From IMG/VR virus record IMGVR_UViG_3300049192_000027, positions 1 to 44,065 of that record: 44,065 bases of DNA; one strand, given 5' to 3'. Position 1 is the stretch's first letter. Each line of letters begins with the position of its first letter. This DNA is from a virus (taxonomy: Duplodnaviria > Caudoviricetes). Position numbers and translations under genes: made by a program. The notes under the pieces were generated by a model. That model was given only the letters and a program-made list of their open reading frames with translations. It ran no database searches and was not told the DNA's origin. This document shows positions 33,419-42,707 of the stretch, piece after piece.

Positions 33419-35563
33419 ATGCCCGTCAACACCGAGCTGTGTGCCAAGACCTGGGACCGCTACGTCTTCTGCCGCGACAACGGCCACCAGGGCTACATCG
33501 AGAAGGCGCAGCTCTGTGATCGCTTCTTCATCGGTGACCAGTGGACCGCCGAGGACCGCCTGGCGCTGAAGCTCGCCCGGCGCCCCGCGCTGACGATCAA
33601 CAAGATCATCAGCACGCTGGCCAACGTGATGGGCGAGCAGATCTACCAGCGCAGCGAGATCGCGTTTCGGCCCCGGGGGGCCTCGGCTGACGATGTCGCC
33701 ACTGCGCTGACCAAGGTCTTCAAGCAGATCAGCGACAACAACCAGCTCGACTGGAAGCGCTCCGATATGTTCGCCGACGGCGTGATCACGAGCCGGGGCT
33801 ACCTCGACGCGCGCATCCGCTTCACGGACAACATGCAGGGCGAGGTCGACATCTCGCTGCTGAACCCGAAGAACGTGATCCCGGACCCGGACGCTGAAGA
33901 GGCGGACCCGGACACCTGGCGCGAGGTGTTCATCACGAAGTGGCTGACCGCCGACGACATCGCGACCCTCTACAACCCGGAGGACGCCGAGTACCTGCGC
34001 AATCGGGGCGAGTTGTCGAGCCCGTACGGCTTCGACAGCGTCGAGGACCGGATCGACCGATTCGGCTCGCTGCAGGGTGCCGGCTACGGTGGCGCGGGCC
34101 ACGACTACAGCAACGTCGTGCGGAACATCCGGCTGATCGAGCGGCAGCACAAGATGCTCGACAAGCAGAAGCACTTCGTCGAGCGCGCCACGGGCGAGAT
34201 GCGGCCCATCCCGACCGACTTCGACCGCAACCGCATCGCCTGGTTCGTCGAGAAGTTCGGCTTCGCGGTGACCACCAAGCTGGTCAGTCGCATCCGTTGG
34301 ACGGCCTGTGCCGACAACGTGTGCCTGCACGACGACTGGAGCCCGTACAAGCACTTCACACCGGTGCCGTACTTCCCGTACTTCCGCCGCGGCACCACCG
34401 TCGGCCTGGTCGAGAACCTGCTGGGCTCGCAGGAGCTGCTCAACAAAACGTCCTCCCAGGAGCTGCACATCGTCAACACGACGGCGAACAGCGGCTGGAA
34501 GGTGAAGACCGGCGCGTTGACGAACATGACGCCGGAGGAACTCGAAGCGCGCGGCGCTGAGACCGGCCTGGTCATCGAGACGAACGGTGACCCGGAAAAG
34601 GACATCGTCAAGATTGCCCCGAACACCGTTCCGACCGGCCTGGACCGCATCTCGTACAAGGCCGAAGAGCACATCAAGAGCATCTCTGGCGTTTCCGACA
34701 GCCAGCAGGGCTTCGACCGCGAGGACGTGGCCGCCAAGGCGATCCAGACCAAGCGCCAGGCTTCCCAGACGAACCTGGCCAAGCCGCTTGACAGCCTCGT
34801 GCGCAGCGACTTCATGCTCGCTCGCAACATCCTGGACCTGGTGCAGGAGTTCTACACCGAAGAACGCATCCTGACGATCACGAAGGACAAGGTCACCGGC
34901 GAGAGCGAGTCCATCACGATCAACCAGGCCACCGCCGCCGGCACGATCGTGAACGACCTGACCCTCGGCGAGTACGACGTGGTCATCAGCTCCGTGCCGC
35001 AACGCGAGACCCTCGAAGACAGCCAGTTCGAACAGGGTATGGCGCTGCGCGAGGTCGGCGTCGCGCTCCCGGACTCGGTGCTCATCACGAACAGTCGCTT
35101 GCTCAACAAGGGCGACATCCTCCGGCAGATGGAGGGCGACCAGGCGAGCCCGGAGGCGCAAGCCCAGGCTGCCCTTGCACGCCGTGGCCAGGAGGCCGAA
35201 GTCGCCAAGGTCGAGGGCGAGGCCAAGGCCAAGCATGCCGACGCCAACCTGAAGGCCGCCAAGGCCGTCAAGGAACAGGTCACCGCCCAGAAGGAGGCCG
35301 CCACGCCGATCGAGGAGGCCGGCGACGGCGGTGCGGCCCTCGTGAAGGCGCAAGCCGACATGCAGCTCGACGTCCAGAAGTTCGAGCACGAGAAGGTCAT
35401 GCAGGAGCGCGAATTCGGCCTGCGCGTGCGCGAGATGAATTTCGACTTGCAGCTCAAGCAGAAGGCCCAGGCCGACAAGGCTGAGTCCGACCGCATGGCA
35501 GCCGCTGCAGCTGCCTCCCAACCAAAACCCCAACCCAGCCAAGCCCAAGGAGTGCGTCAATGA
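33419..35563 (+). CDS. portal protein (P22-like, long coiled-coil C-terminus)
   Basis: GDQW...RPALTINKI, DGVITSRG, GEYDVVI motifs; position after terL. Confidence 0.92.
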   Translation: MPVNTELCAKTWDRYVFCRDNGHQGYIEKAQLCDRFFIGDQWTAEDRLALKLARRPALTINKIISTLANVMGEQIYQRSEIAFRPRGASADDVATALTKVFKQISDNNQLDWKRSDMFADGVITSRGYLDARIRFTDNMQGEVDISLLNPKNVIPDPDAEEADPDTWREVFITKWLTADDIATLYNPEDAEYLRNRGELSSPYGFDSVEDRIDRFGSLQGAGYGGAGHDYSNVVRNIRLIERQHKMLDKQKHFVERATGEMRPIPTDFDRNRIAWFVEKFGFAVTTKLVSRIRWTACADNVCLHDDWSPYKHFTPVPYFPYFRRGTTVGLVENLLGSQELLNKTSSQELHIVNTTANSGWKVKTGALTNMTPEELEARGAETGLVIETNGDPEKDIVKIAPNTVPTGLDRISYKAEEHIKSISGVSDSQQGFDREDVAAKAIQTKRQASQTNLAKPLDSLVRSDFMLARNILDLVQEFYTEERILTITKDKVTGESESITINQATAAGTIVNDLTLGEYDVVISSVPQRETLEDSQFEQGMALREVGVALPDSVLITNSRLLNKGDILRQMEGDQASPEAQAQAALARRGQEAEVAKVEGEAKAKHADANLKAAKAVKEQVTAQKEAATPIEEAGDGGAALVKAQADMQLDVQKFEHEKVMQEREFGLRVREMNFDLQLKQKAQADKAESDRMAAAAAASQPKPQPSQAQGVRQ

Positions 35564-36633
35564 TCTTCAACCGCCTACACCCAATCTTCCGCCGCTTCAT
35601 GGCGCCCGAAACGGGCGGTGAGAGCGGTGGTGGGGGTGGCACCGTCGACCGCGGCGACGACTGGACGCCGACCGACGACGACGCTGCTGCTCTGAAGGCC
35701 TCGGCCGATAAGGCCGAGGCCGACAAGGTCACGGCCGCAGCGAAGAAGGAAGAGACCGAGAAGGCCGAAGCTGAGAAGGCCGTGACCGACAAGGCTGCCG
35801 CCGAGAAGGCCGCGGCCGAGGGTAAGGGCGAAGGCGAAGGTGAGAAGGACGACAAGAAGGACAGCAAGAAGGACACGCGCATCCCGCTGTCACGGCACGA
35901 AGAGATCCTGAAGAAGGAGCGCGAGCGCCGCGAGACTGTGGAGCGCGAGCTGGCCGCCACGCGCAAGGGCGAGGTCGTCGCGAAGACCAACGAGGACATC
36001 GCCAAGGCCGAGGCCAACGTGGTCGTGATGGAGAAGGAGTACCTCAAGCTCCTGGCCGACGGCAAGGTCGACGACGCCGCCGCGAAGATGGCCGAGATCC
36101 GCCGGACAGAGCGTTCCATCGTCCAGACGCAGGCCCAGTTCGAGACGCAAGCCGCCGAGGCCCGCGCGTACGAGCGCGTGAAGTACGACACCACGGTCGA
36201 GCGCCTCGAAGCCGCATTCCCGGTGATCAACCCGGACCACGAGGACTTCGACAAGGAGAAGACCGGCGACGTGTTGGAGCTGATGGGCGGTTACGTTGCC
36301 ACGGGCAAGTACAGCCGCGCCGACGCACTGCAGAAAGCCTGCAAGGTGCTGCTCAAGCCCGCGACGGCGAAGCAGGAGGCCGCTACCGACGTGGACGTGC
36401 GTGTCGACAAGGAAGACCTCGCGAAGGCCACCGCCGAAGAGCGCAAGAAAGCCGCTGTGGCGAAGGCCTTGGAGACCAACGGCAAGCAGCCGCCGAACGC
36501 TGCGCACGTCGGTGCGGACAGCGACAAGACGGGCGGCCCGCTCAAGAGCGCTGACGTCATCAGGATGGGCCAGGAGGAGTTCAAGAAATTGGACGACAAG
36601 GCCCTGGCCAAGCTCCGCGGCGACGACCTCTGA
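35560..36633 (+). CDS. capsid scaffolding protein
   Basis: Charged coiled coil, RIPLSR, C-terminal LAKLRGD; between portal and capsid genes. Confidence 0.75.
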   Translation: MIFNRLHPIFRRFMAPETGGESGGGGGTVDRGDDWTPTDDDAAALKASADKAEADKVTAAAKKEETEKAEAEKAVTDKAAAEKAAAEGKGEGEGEKDDKKDSKKDTRIPLSRHEEILKKERERRETVERELAATRKGEVVAKTNEDIAKAEANVVVMEKEYLKLLADGKVDDAAAKMAEIRRTERSIVQTQAQFETQAAEARAYERVKYDTTVERLEAAFPVINPDHEDFDKEKTGDVLELMGGYVATGKYSRADALQKACKVLLKPATAKQEAATDVDVRVDKEDLAKATAEERKKAAVAKALETNGKQPPNAAHVGADSDKTGGPLKSADVIRMGQEEFKKLDDKALAKLRGDDL

Positions 36634-36635
36634 CC

Positions 36636-36836
36636 ATGCGCCTCGCCCTCGCCAGGTGGTTGCAGGCGCTGGCCCTCCGGCTGGACCCGCACGACCCGTT
36701 CGAGGGCCTCATTTCCGCAGACGTCGACCGTCTGACGAACAGCCGCTGGGGCGTACTCGCCGCCTTCAGCACCTATGACCAGGCGGCCAACGCCTGCAGC
36801 CAGATTCTCACCACCCTCCGCCACCCGGCGGCCTAA
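36636..36836 (+). CDS. small hypothetical protein
   Basis: ATG 2 nt after scaffold stop. Confidence 0.55.
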   Translation: MRLALARWLQALALRLDPHDPFEGLISADVDRLTNSRWGVLAAFSTYDQAANACSQILTTLRHPAA

Positions 36837-36850
36837 CCCGAGGAGCTCTC

Positions 36851-37192
36851 ATGCACAACATCGCTTCACCACGACTCGACGACGCCGGTATCGACGCGCT
36901 CGCCGTGGCCAAGGGCTTGACCGCCCCGCGCATCACCACCGACGAACTGAATGCCAACATCGTCGACGTCGAGATCCTCAAGCACGTCTCGAAGAGCGGC
37001 CAGGTGCTGCGGTGGGCGATCCTGACGACGAAGAACGGCTTCGCCGTCACCGGCCGCCCCTCCGCTGCCGTCTCGTCCGAGAACGACAACGCCGAGATTG
37101 GCGTGAAGGTCGCCGTCGACAACGCGAAGCAGGAGCTGTGGCCGCTCATGGGCTACGCACTGCGTGAGCAGCTTCACGGGAGCGCAGCATGA
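36851..37192 (+). CDS. N4 Gp49/Sf6 gp66 family protein (Acb4-like nucleotide sponge candidate)
   Basis: APRIT, NGFAVTG..AAVSSEN.NAEIG...A...A...LWPLMGY.L; GAGGAG RBS. Confidence 0.8.
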   Translation: MHNIASPRLDDAGIDALAVAKGLTAPRITTDELNANIVDVEILKHVSKSGQVLRWAILTTKNGFAVTGRPSAAVSSENDNAEIGVKVAVDNAKQELWPLMGYALREQLHGSAA

Positions 37193-37629
37193 GCGGCGCA
37201 CCTGAAGGCTTCACCCGCTACCGCGGCACGAAGGAACTGTTCGCACGACCGATGCCGCTCCGCGAGTACAACGAGTACCGCGGCTGGGATATGTCGGGCG
37301 ACGAGAACCCTGACGCCCTCGGCTACCTGGTCGAGTATGTCGACGGCGGCAAGCCGAACCACCCGAAGCACATCGGCTATATCAGCTGGTCGCCGCTCGA
37401 CGTGTTCGAGCGGGCCTACGCCGCAGTGGTCGAGACCACCTTCGCCGACCGGATGCGGATCGAGCTGCACGACCTCAACGAGAAGCTGAGCCGCCTCCAG
37501 GTCTTCATCGGCACCGAGCGCTTCAATGCACTGCCGGCCGACGAACGTCAGGACCAGCGCGCACAACTGCTCGCCATGCAGCAGTACAGCGAGGTGCTGA
37601 CGCGCCGCCTCGTCAGGGCCACGAAATGA
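37189..37629 (+). CDS. two-domain protein: GTK...GYLVEY...YISWSP domain plus crAss001_48-like helical hairpin
   Basis: Both motif sets visible; second is RMRIELHDLNEKLSRLQVFI...Q..AMQQYSEVLTRR. Confidence 0.75.
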   Translation: MSGAPEGFTRYRGTKELFARPMPLREYNEYRGWDMSGDENPDALGYLVEYVDGGKPNHPKHIGYISWSPLDVFERAYAAVVETTFADRMRIELHDLNEKLSRLQVFIGTERFNALPADERQDQRAQLLAMQQYSEVLTRRLVRATK

Positions 37630-37970
37630 GCTGGCTCCGCGATCGTGCCGCACGGCGCCAGGCGAAGGTCGGCGAAATCACCGACCTATTGCGCGGCGAG
37701 GAGCAGCCCAGCCAGGCGTTCTGCGCGGCGCCCACCAGGCGCCAGCGCCTGCTTGCCTGGCTGTTCCCGGCCCCGGCGCTGCCCGAGATGCGTGAGATGG
37801 ACGGTTTCGCGCCAGCCTACGTCGAAACCCACGTAGTCGTGCAGTTCTCGCTCGGCGCGCGCCTGCGCGTGCTCCTCACCGGCCGTATCCACGTCATTAC
37901 GCGCTCGAAGACCGACGTACCTATCACCCGCATGTTCAGCAACTCCGTTGCTTGGCCTACCCACCCCTGA
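37626..37970 (+). CDS. hypothetical protein with GEITDLLRG motif
   Basis: ATGA coupling. Confidence 0.65.
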   Translation: MSWLRDRAARRQAKVGEITDLLRGEEQPSQAFCAAPTRRQRLLAWLFPAPALPEMREMDGFAPAYVETHVVVQFSLGARLRVLLTGRIHVITRSKTDVPITRMFSNSVAWPTHP

Positions 37971-37981
37971 AGGAGATCACC

Positions 37982-38269
37982 ATGAGCTATTCCATCGGCG
38001 TCGTCGCCATCAACATCCAAGCCGCCCGCGAGGCGCTGGCCGCCAAGTTCGACGAACAGGTCGTGAAGCCGCAGCCCGTCCACGCCAAGGATCGCGACCA
38101 GGCGCTGGCCGCGGCCGATGCGTTCCTCGCGTTGCTCGGCCCGCAGCCGGACGGCTACGACGTGACGGTCAACATGAACGGTTCGGTGTCGTGGAACGGC
38201 GACCCGGACAAGTTCACCTGGGTGAACTTCGGCGTCAGTGGCGGCTTCACGCTGACCAAGATCGCCTGA
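37982..38269 (+). CDS. hypothetical protein (MSYSIGV...QPVHAKD)
   Basis: AAGGAG RBS at ATG 37982; terminator follows. Confidence 0.75.
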   Translation: MSYSIGVVAINIQAAREALAAKFDEQVVKPQPVHAKDRDQALAAADAFLALLGPQPDGYDVTVNMNGSVSWNGDPDKFTWVNFGVSGGFTLTKIA

Positions 38270-38310
38270 CCCGCACCCCTTGTCTCCGGCGCGCACCCGC
38301 GCGCCTTCAT

Positions 38311-38336
38311 GAGCCGGCCTTGTGCCGGCTCTTTTT
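38311..38336 (+). terminator. intrinsic terminator
   Basis: GAGCCGGC-CTTGT-GCCGGCTC-TTTTT. Confidence 0.8.
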
Positions 38337-38459
38337 CGTGTAGAGTTCGATCTAACGTAGATCGAAGCTCAACGACAGCAGCTTCACCTTCGCAAGTCGA
38401 GGCGAGATTCGGCAGAACCAGTCGTCTATCTAACTTCGATTTCGAGAAGGAGGCCTGTC

Positions 38460-39572
38460 ATGGCACTCACCAATTTCGGCTTGCTGACCGCCGAGCAGAA
38501 GACCATCTGGTCGATGGACCTGTGGAAGCAGGCTCGCAACATGAGCTTCGTCAACCGGTTCATGGGCAACGGCCCGAACGCGCTGATCCAGCACATCACC
38601 GAGCTCAAGAAGAGCGAAAAGGGCGCCCGCGCAGTGATCACGCTGCTGGCCGACCTGACCGGTGACGGCGTCGCAGGCGACCGCACGCTGGAAGGCAACG
38701 AAGAGTCGATGCAGACCTTCGACCAGGTCATCCGCATCGACCAGCTGCGTCACGCCAACCGCCACGAGGGCAAGATGGCCGACCAGAAGTCGGTGGTCGA
38801 GTTCCGCGGCAACAGCCGCAACGTGCTGGCCTACTGGCTGGCCGACCGTATCGACCAGATGGCGTTCCTGACGCTCGGTGGCCGGTCGTATTCCCTCAAG
38901 CCCGACGGCTCCACGCGTGTTGGCTCGGACCTCCCGTTCCTGGAGTTCGCCGCCGACGTCAGCGCCCCGTCTGCCGGCCGTCGCCTGCGCTGGGACAAGA
39001 CCAACCTGGCCCTGGTTGCTGGCGGTGCCTCCAGCGCCGTCACCGCGGCCGACACCCCGACCTGGGAGCTGTTCGTCAACCTGAAGGCCTACGCCAAGAA
39101 CCGCTACATCCGTGGCGTGAACGCGGCCGGCGGCGAGGAAACCTACCACGCCTTCCTCACCCCGAACGCGATGGCCAAGCTGAAGCTGGACCCGACGTAC
39201 CTGCAGAACCTGCGGCACTCGACCCAAGCCGACAAGAACGACGCGCTGTTCACCGGCGCGACGGTCAAGATCGACGGCATCTACCTGCACGAGTTCCGCC
39301 ATGTGCCGAACACGGTGGGCGCGGCCTCGGGCTCGAAGTACGGCGCGGGCGGCACGGTCGAAGGCTCCCAGATCATCTTCTGCGGCGCGCAAGCCCTCGG
39401 CATGGCCGACATCGGCAACGCCGAATGGAACGAGAAGGGCTTCGACTACGACAACCAGCAGGGCATCTCCATCGGAAAGATCCTGGGCTTCCTGAAGCCC
39501 AAGTTCGGTTCGATCTACGAGGCCGGCGCGGTCGAGGACTTCGGCGTCATCAACACCTACGTCGCCCAGTAA
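38460..39572 (+). CDS. major capsid protein (N4-gp56-like)
   Basis: MALTNFG, ITELKKSEKGARAVITLLADL.GDGV.GD..LEGNEE, IDQLRHA; AAGGAGG RBS. Confidence 0.9.
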   Translation: MALTNFGLLTAEQKTIWSMDLWKQARNMSFVNRFMGNGPNALIQHITELKKSEKGARAVITLLADLTGDGVAGDRTLEGNEESMQTFDQVIRIDQLRHANRHEGKMADQKSVVEFRGNSRNVLAYWLADRIDQMAFLTLGGRSYSLKPDGSTRVGSDLPFLEFAADVSAPSAGRRLRWDKTNLALVAGGASSAVTAADTPTWELFVNLKAYAKNRYIRGVNAAGGEETYHAFLTPNAMAKLKLDPTYLQNLRHSTQADKNDALFTGATVKIDGIYLHEFRHVPNTVGAASGSKYGAGGTVEGSQIIFCGAQALGMADIGNAEWNEKGFDYDNQQGISIGKILGFLKPKFGSIYEAGAVEDFGVINTYVAQ

Positions 39573-39577
39573 TGGGC

Positions 39578-39602
39578 CAGGGCGCGGCGATGCCGCGCCC
39601 TG
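39578..39602 (+). other. perfect 11-bp GC hairpin after capsid gene, no U-tract
   Basis: CAGGGCGCGGC-GAT-GCCGCGCCCTG. Confidence 0.55.
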
Positions 39603-39635
39603 CTCGCGCGTGAACCACCCTGAAAGGAGCCAGTC

Positions 39636-40073
39636 ATGGCAACCCTGAAGAAGAACCGCTCGGCCCAGTACCCGCTGGTGCAGGAGTTCAACTGGACCGT
39701 CAACGACGCCATGCTCAACACGGCTGGCGCGCTGACGAACCTGAAGGCCGCCGGCTCGGCGACCTTCGAGCCGATCGGCCTGCCGCCCGGCGCCGTCGTG
39801 ATCGGTGGCGAACTGGTCGTGAACACGGTGTCGAACGACACCGGCGCCGCGACCGTCGCCGTCGGCGACTCGGCCAGCGGCACCCGCTACCTGGCCGCCA
39901 CGTCGGTCAAGGCGTTGGGCCGTACCGCCCTCGTACCGACGGGCTACAACGGCCTGGGCGAGGACCTGCGCCTCACGATCGCCAACGCCAACGGCGACGC
40001 CACCACCGGCTCGTACACGGTCCGCCTGATGTACGTGATCGCCGGCCGCAGCAACGAAGTGCAGACCAACTGA
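39636..40073 (+). CDS. putative capsid decoration/minor virion protein
   Basis: Follows MCP; beta-rich, LPPGAVVIGG; AAGGAG RBS. Confidence 0.65.
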   Translation: MATLKKNRSAQYPLVQEFNWTVNDAMLNTAGALTNLKAAGSATFEPIGLPPGAVVIGGELVVNTVSNDTGAATVAVGDSASGTRYLAATSVKALGRTALVPTGYNGLGEDLRLTIANANGDATTGSYTVRLMYVIAGRSNEVQTN

Positions 40074-40091
40074 TCGGCCTGCTCGCCCACC

Positions 40092-40115
40092 GCGGGGCCT
40101 CGTGAGAGGCCCCGC
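40092..40115 (+). other. 10-bp hairpin with GTGA (GNRA) loop
   Basis: GCGGGGCCTC-GTGA-GAGGCCCCGC, intergenic. Confidence 0.5.
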
Positions 40116-40132
40116 TCTCCAAGGAGCCAAAG

Positions 40133-40492
40133 ATGAAATACACCCTGAACCGGGACTACACCCTCGCGTCCGTCAACGGCCACACGATCGAGTTCAAGAA
40201 GGGCGTGGCCACGCACGTCCCGCCGCGCGTGAAGGCCGAGGCCATCGCCATCGGCGCGCTGCCGGCCGAAGAGGAAGACGAGCCCGAAGTGAAGAAGGTC
40301 GAGATCCCCGAGGGCGAAGACCGCGTGCTGCTGATCCGCACCGCCATGGAAGACATGGCCGCCGCGAACGTGCGCGAGGAGTTCACCGCCGCCGGCACGC
40401 CGCACAACAAGGTGCTCAGCGAGCGCGTGGGCTTCACGGTCTCCGCGCAAGAGCGCGACAAGCTCTGGGCCGAGCTCAAGGCGGGCAAGTAA
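40133..40492 (+). CDS. hypothetical head-module protein
   Basis: AAGGAG RBS; EFTAAGTP...ERDKLW. Confidence 0.75.
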   Translation: MKYTLNRDYTLASVNGHTIEFKKGVATHVPPRVKAEAIAIGALPAEEEDEPEVKKVEIPEGEDRVLLIRTAMEDMAAANVREEFTAAGTPHNKVLSERVGFTVSAQERDKLWAELKAGK

Positions 40493-40501
40493 GGAATCGC
40501 C

Positions 40502-41155
40502 GTGCTGCCGTCTGAGCTGCTGGAGGTTTTCCGCGCCGAGATGAACGACCTCGAAGAGCCCCACTTGTGGAGCGACGACGAGTTCTATCGGCACGCCGAC
40601 GACGCCCAGAAGATGTTCTGTCGGAAGACCGACGGTATCGCGGATGACTTCACGCCAGCGGTCGTCGAGCTGGCCATCGTGCCGGACGATGAGCGTGTGG
40701 CGCTGCACCCGAGCGTCAAGCAGATCCGCTCTGCACTGCGGGTCGACACCGGCCGCGCGATCGACATCGTCAGCCCCGAAGAGATGCCGAAGCGCGGCTG
40801 GTACTTCGACGGCCGCCCCGGCACGCTCCGCGCGCTGATCACCGGCGGCTCGGTCAACTTCGCCAGGCTGTACCCGAAGGCCGCCGAAACCACCACGGTG
40901 CGGCTCAACGTGTTCCGCCTGCCCATCACCACCGTCTCGGACGACGACGAGCCGTTCGAGATCGGCGAAGAGCACCACCGCCACCTGCTGCTGTGGATCA
41001 AGCACCTGGCTTACAGCAAGCAGGACGCCGAGGCCTTCGACAAGACCAAGGCCACTGCCTTCAAGACCGACTTCGAAACCTATTGCTTCGAAGTCCAGGC
41101 CGAGCAGCGCCGCGCGCGCCACAAGACCCGCATCGTCGCCTACGGCGGCCTCTAA
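40502..41155 (+). CDS. putative head-tail adaptor
   Basis: FR....D...P.LWSD.E...AQ..FCR; HHRHLLLW...AYSKQDAE; position. Confidence 0.7.
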   Translation: MLPSELLEVFRAEMNDLEEPHLWSDDEFYRHADDAQKMFCRKTDGIADDFTPAVVELAIVPDDERVALHPSVKQIRSALRVDTGRAIDIVSPEEMPKRGWYFDGRPGTLRALITGGSVNFARLYPKAAETTTVRLNVFRLPITTVSDDDEPFEIGEEHHRHLLLWIKHLAYSKQDAEAFDKTKATAFKTDFETYCFEVQAEQRRARHKTRIVAYGGL

Positions 41156-41173
41156 CTTTCCCTGGAGAACATC

Positions 41174-41605
41174 ATGGCCGGAAAAGGCGCTACCTTCGAG
41201 AACGATTTCCTGAAGTCGATCTTCAACGCGACCGCCATCGCCAACCTGCTCGACAACGCGGCCGCGGCCCCGCTGACGAACCTGTTCGTGGCGCTGCACA
41301 CGGCCGACCCCACGGACGCCGGCACGCAGAGCTCCAACGAGGCGACGTACACGAGCTACGCCCGCGTCGCCGTGGCCCGCACCACGGGCGGCTGGACCGT
41401 CACGGGTAGCTCGGTCTCGCCGGCCGCGGCGATCAGCTTCCCGGCCTGTACGGGTGGCACGAACACGATCACCCACTGGTCGGTCGGCGTGGCCTCCAGC
41501 GGTGCCACGAAGATCCTCTACAGTGGCACCGTGACGCCGAACATCTCAGTGTCGTCTGGCGTGACCCCGCAGTTGACGACCGCCACGGCCGTCACCGAAG
41601 GCTGA
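41174..41605 (+). CDS. virion/tail-associated structural protein
   Basis: LFVALHTADP, SYARVAV, ISFPACTGG, ITH motifs typical of phage tail-associated proteins. Confidence 0.7.
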   Translation: MAGKGATFENDFLKSIFNATAIANLLDNAAAAPLTNLFVALHTADPTDAGTQSSNEATYTSYARVAVARTTGGWTVTGSSVSPAAAISFPACTGGTNTITHWSVGVASSGATKILYSGTVTPNISVSSGVTPQLTTATAVTEG

Positions 41606-41609
41606 TGCT

Positions 41610-42707
41610 GTGGTCTTCAACGGCCCGCGCACAGCGTTCGGGCGTGGGCGCGCAGAGTCGCTCCCCGCCTGGCGTGCCGGTCTCGCGCTGAATCAGTGGA
41701 CCGCCATCTCGGGGACCACGGGCGCGGGCGGCGCGCCCGTGGACGAGTTCGGCTGCTTCACGTTGCGGCCGGACACGAGCGAACTGTTCATCGCGCTGGC
41801 TGGTGGTCACGGCTACTCCGACAACCGTGTTGTGGGCCTGCGACTGACCGACAACGCGCCGGCGTGGGCGCTCCGTTCACCCGGCGGTGACCCGTCGTCG
41901 AGCGTGACGTTCGACGGGGCCTACAACCCCGACGGCAAGCCCGCGTCGCGCCACACGTACAAGCACATCCACTGGTCCGCGGCACGCAACCGAATCGTCG
42001 CGCTCGGCGCGCGCTACATCTACGGCGACGGCCCACCGCAATCGCCAACGGTGGACGGCTTCAACCCGGACACGAACTTGTGGGACGCGGCCGGCACGTT
42101 CTCGAACGCACCGGCCGGCTGGTATGGCGAAGTGCTGGATGCCTCGGGCGACGGCTGGTCGTTCCTGAGTCCGGCGCTCGGTGCGCGCAAGTGGACCGCC
42201 AGCACGGGCGCCTGGTCAAACCCCGGCGTGACCGTCGTCGCCGGCTGGGTGCGTCGCCCCTGGTGCCTGGACACGCTCCGTAGCCGGCTCTTCGGCCTGG
42301 CTTGGGCGGACGGTGAGGGCGCCAACAACGCGCCCGTGCAGGTGAACGCCGCGATCTTCGATCCGACCACCAACGTGATGACCGCGATCACGTTCAACGC
42401 CAGCGCCGCACTGACCCAGTTCGCCGCCGACACGCCGCAGTACGGGGGCATGTGCTACGACCCCGACAACGACAGGTTCCTCTTCTACTGCGGTATCGGG
42501 GCGACTGCCGGTCGGGTCTACGTGATCACGCCTAACGGCACCACGACGTGGGATATGAGCATCCTTTCCGCTGGCGGCGCGTCGCTACCAGCGTCCTCGT
42601 CGAGCACCCGCGGCCTCAACGGCCGCATCGACTACGTGCCGGCCCTGAAGGGGGTCGTCGTCCTCCCGACCTCAGCGTCCGGCCTCTACTTCTTGAGGAC
42701 CGCGTAA
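41610..42707 (+). CDS. beta-propeller-like virion protein
   Basis: Repeating F/Y-D/N-P...W blades, GGH, P.SRHTY. Confidence 0.6.
   Translation: MVFNGPRTAFGRGRAESLPAWRAGLALNQWTAISGTTGAGGAPVDEFGCFTLRPDTSELFIALAGGHGYSDNRVVGLRLTDNAPAWALRSPGGDPSSSVTFDGAYNPDGKPASRHTYKHIHWSAARNRIVALGARYIYGDGPPQSPTVDGFNPDTNLWDAAGTFSNAPAGWYGEVLDASGDGWSFLSPALGARKWTASTGAWSNPGVTVVAGWVRRPWCLDTLRSRLFGLAWADGEGANNAPVQVNAAIFDPTTNVMTAITFNASAALTQFAADTPQYGGMCYDPDNDRFLFYCGIGATAGRVYVITPNGTTTWDMSILSAGGASLPASSSSTRGLNGRIDYVPALKGVVVLPTSASGLYFLRTA

Larger units (their letters stand above)
3827..38441. repeat. dispersed operator-like palindrome GATCTAAnTTAGATC (~12 copies)
   Basis: Copies starting at 3827, 4926, 8478 (perfect), 8966, 15112, 18060, 22170, 26769, 29972/29983, 32726, 38349, 38427. 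Confidence 0.75.

Noticed and set aside
33338-35560. 740-aa antisense ORF over the portal (also 24351..25724+, 38430..40130-, 39944..41476-, 20185..21333+)
   Set aside because: Shadow frames expected opposite high-GC3 genes; no motifs or RBS
3827-38441. CRISPR array, REP elements or att sites as the explanation for the palindromes
   Set aside because: Copies are dispersed, degenerate, ~15 bp, without regular spacers, and sit near gene starts
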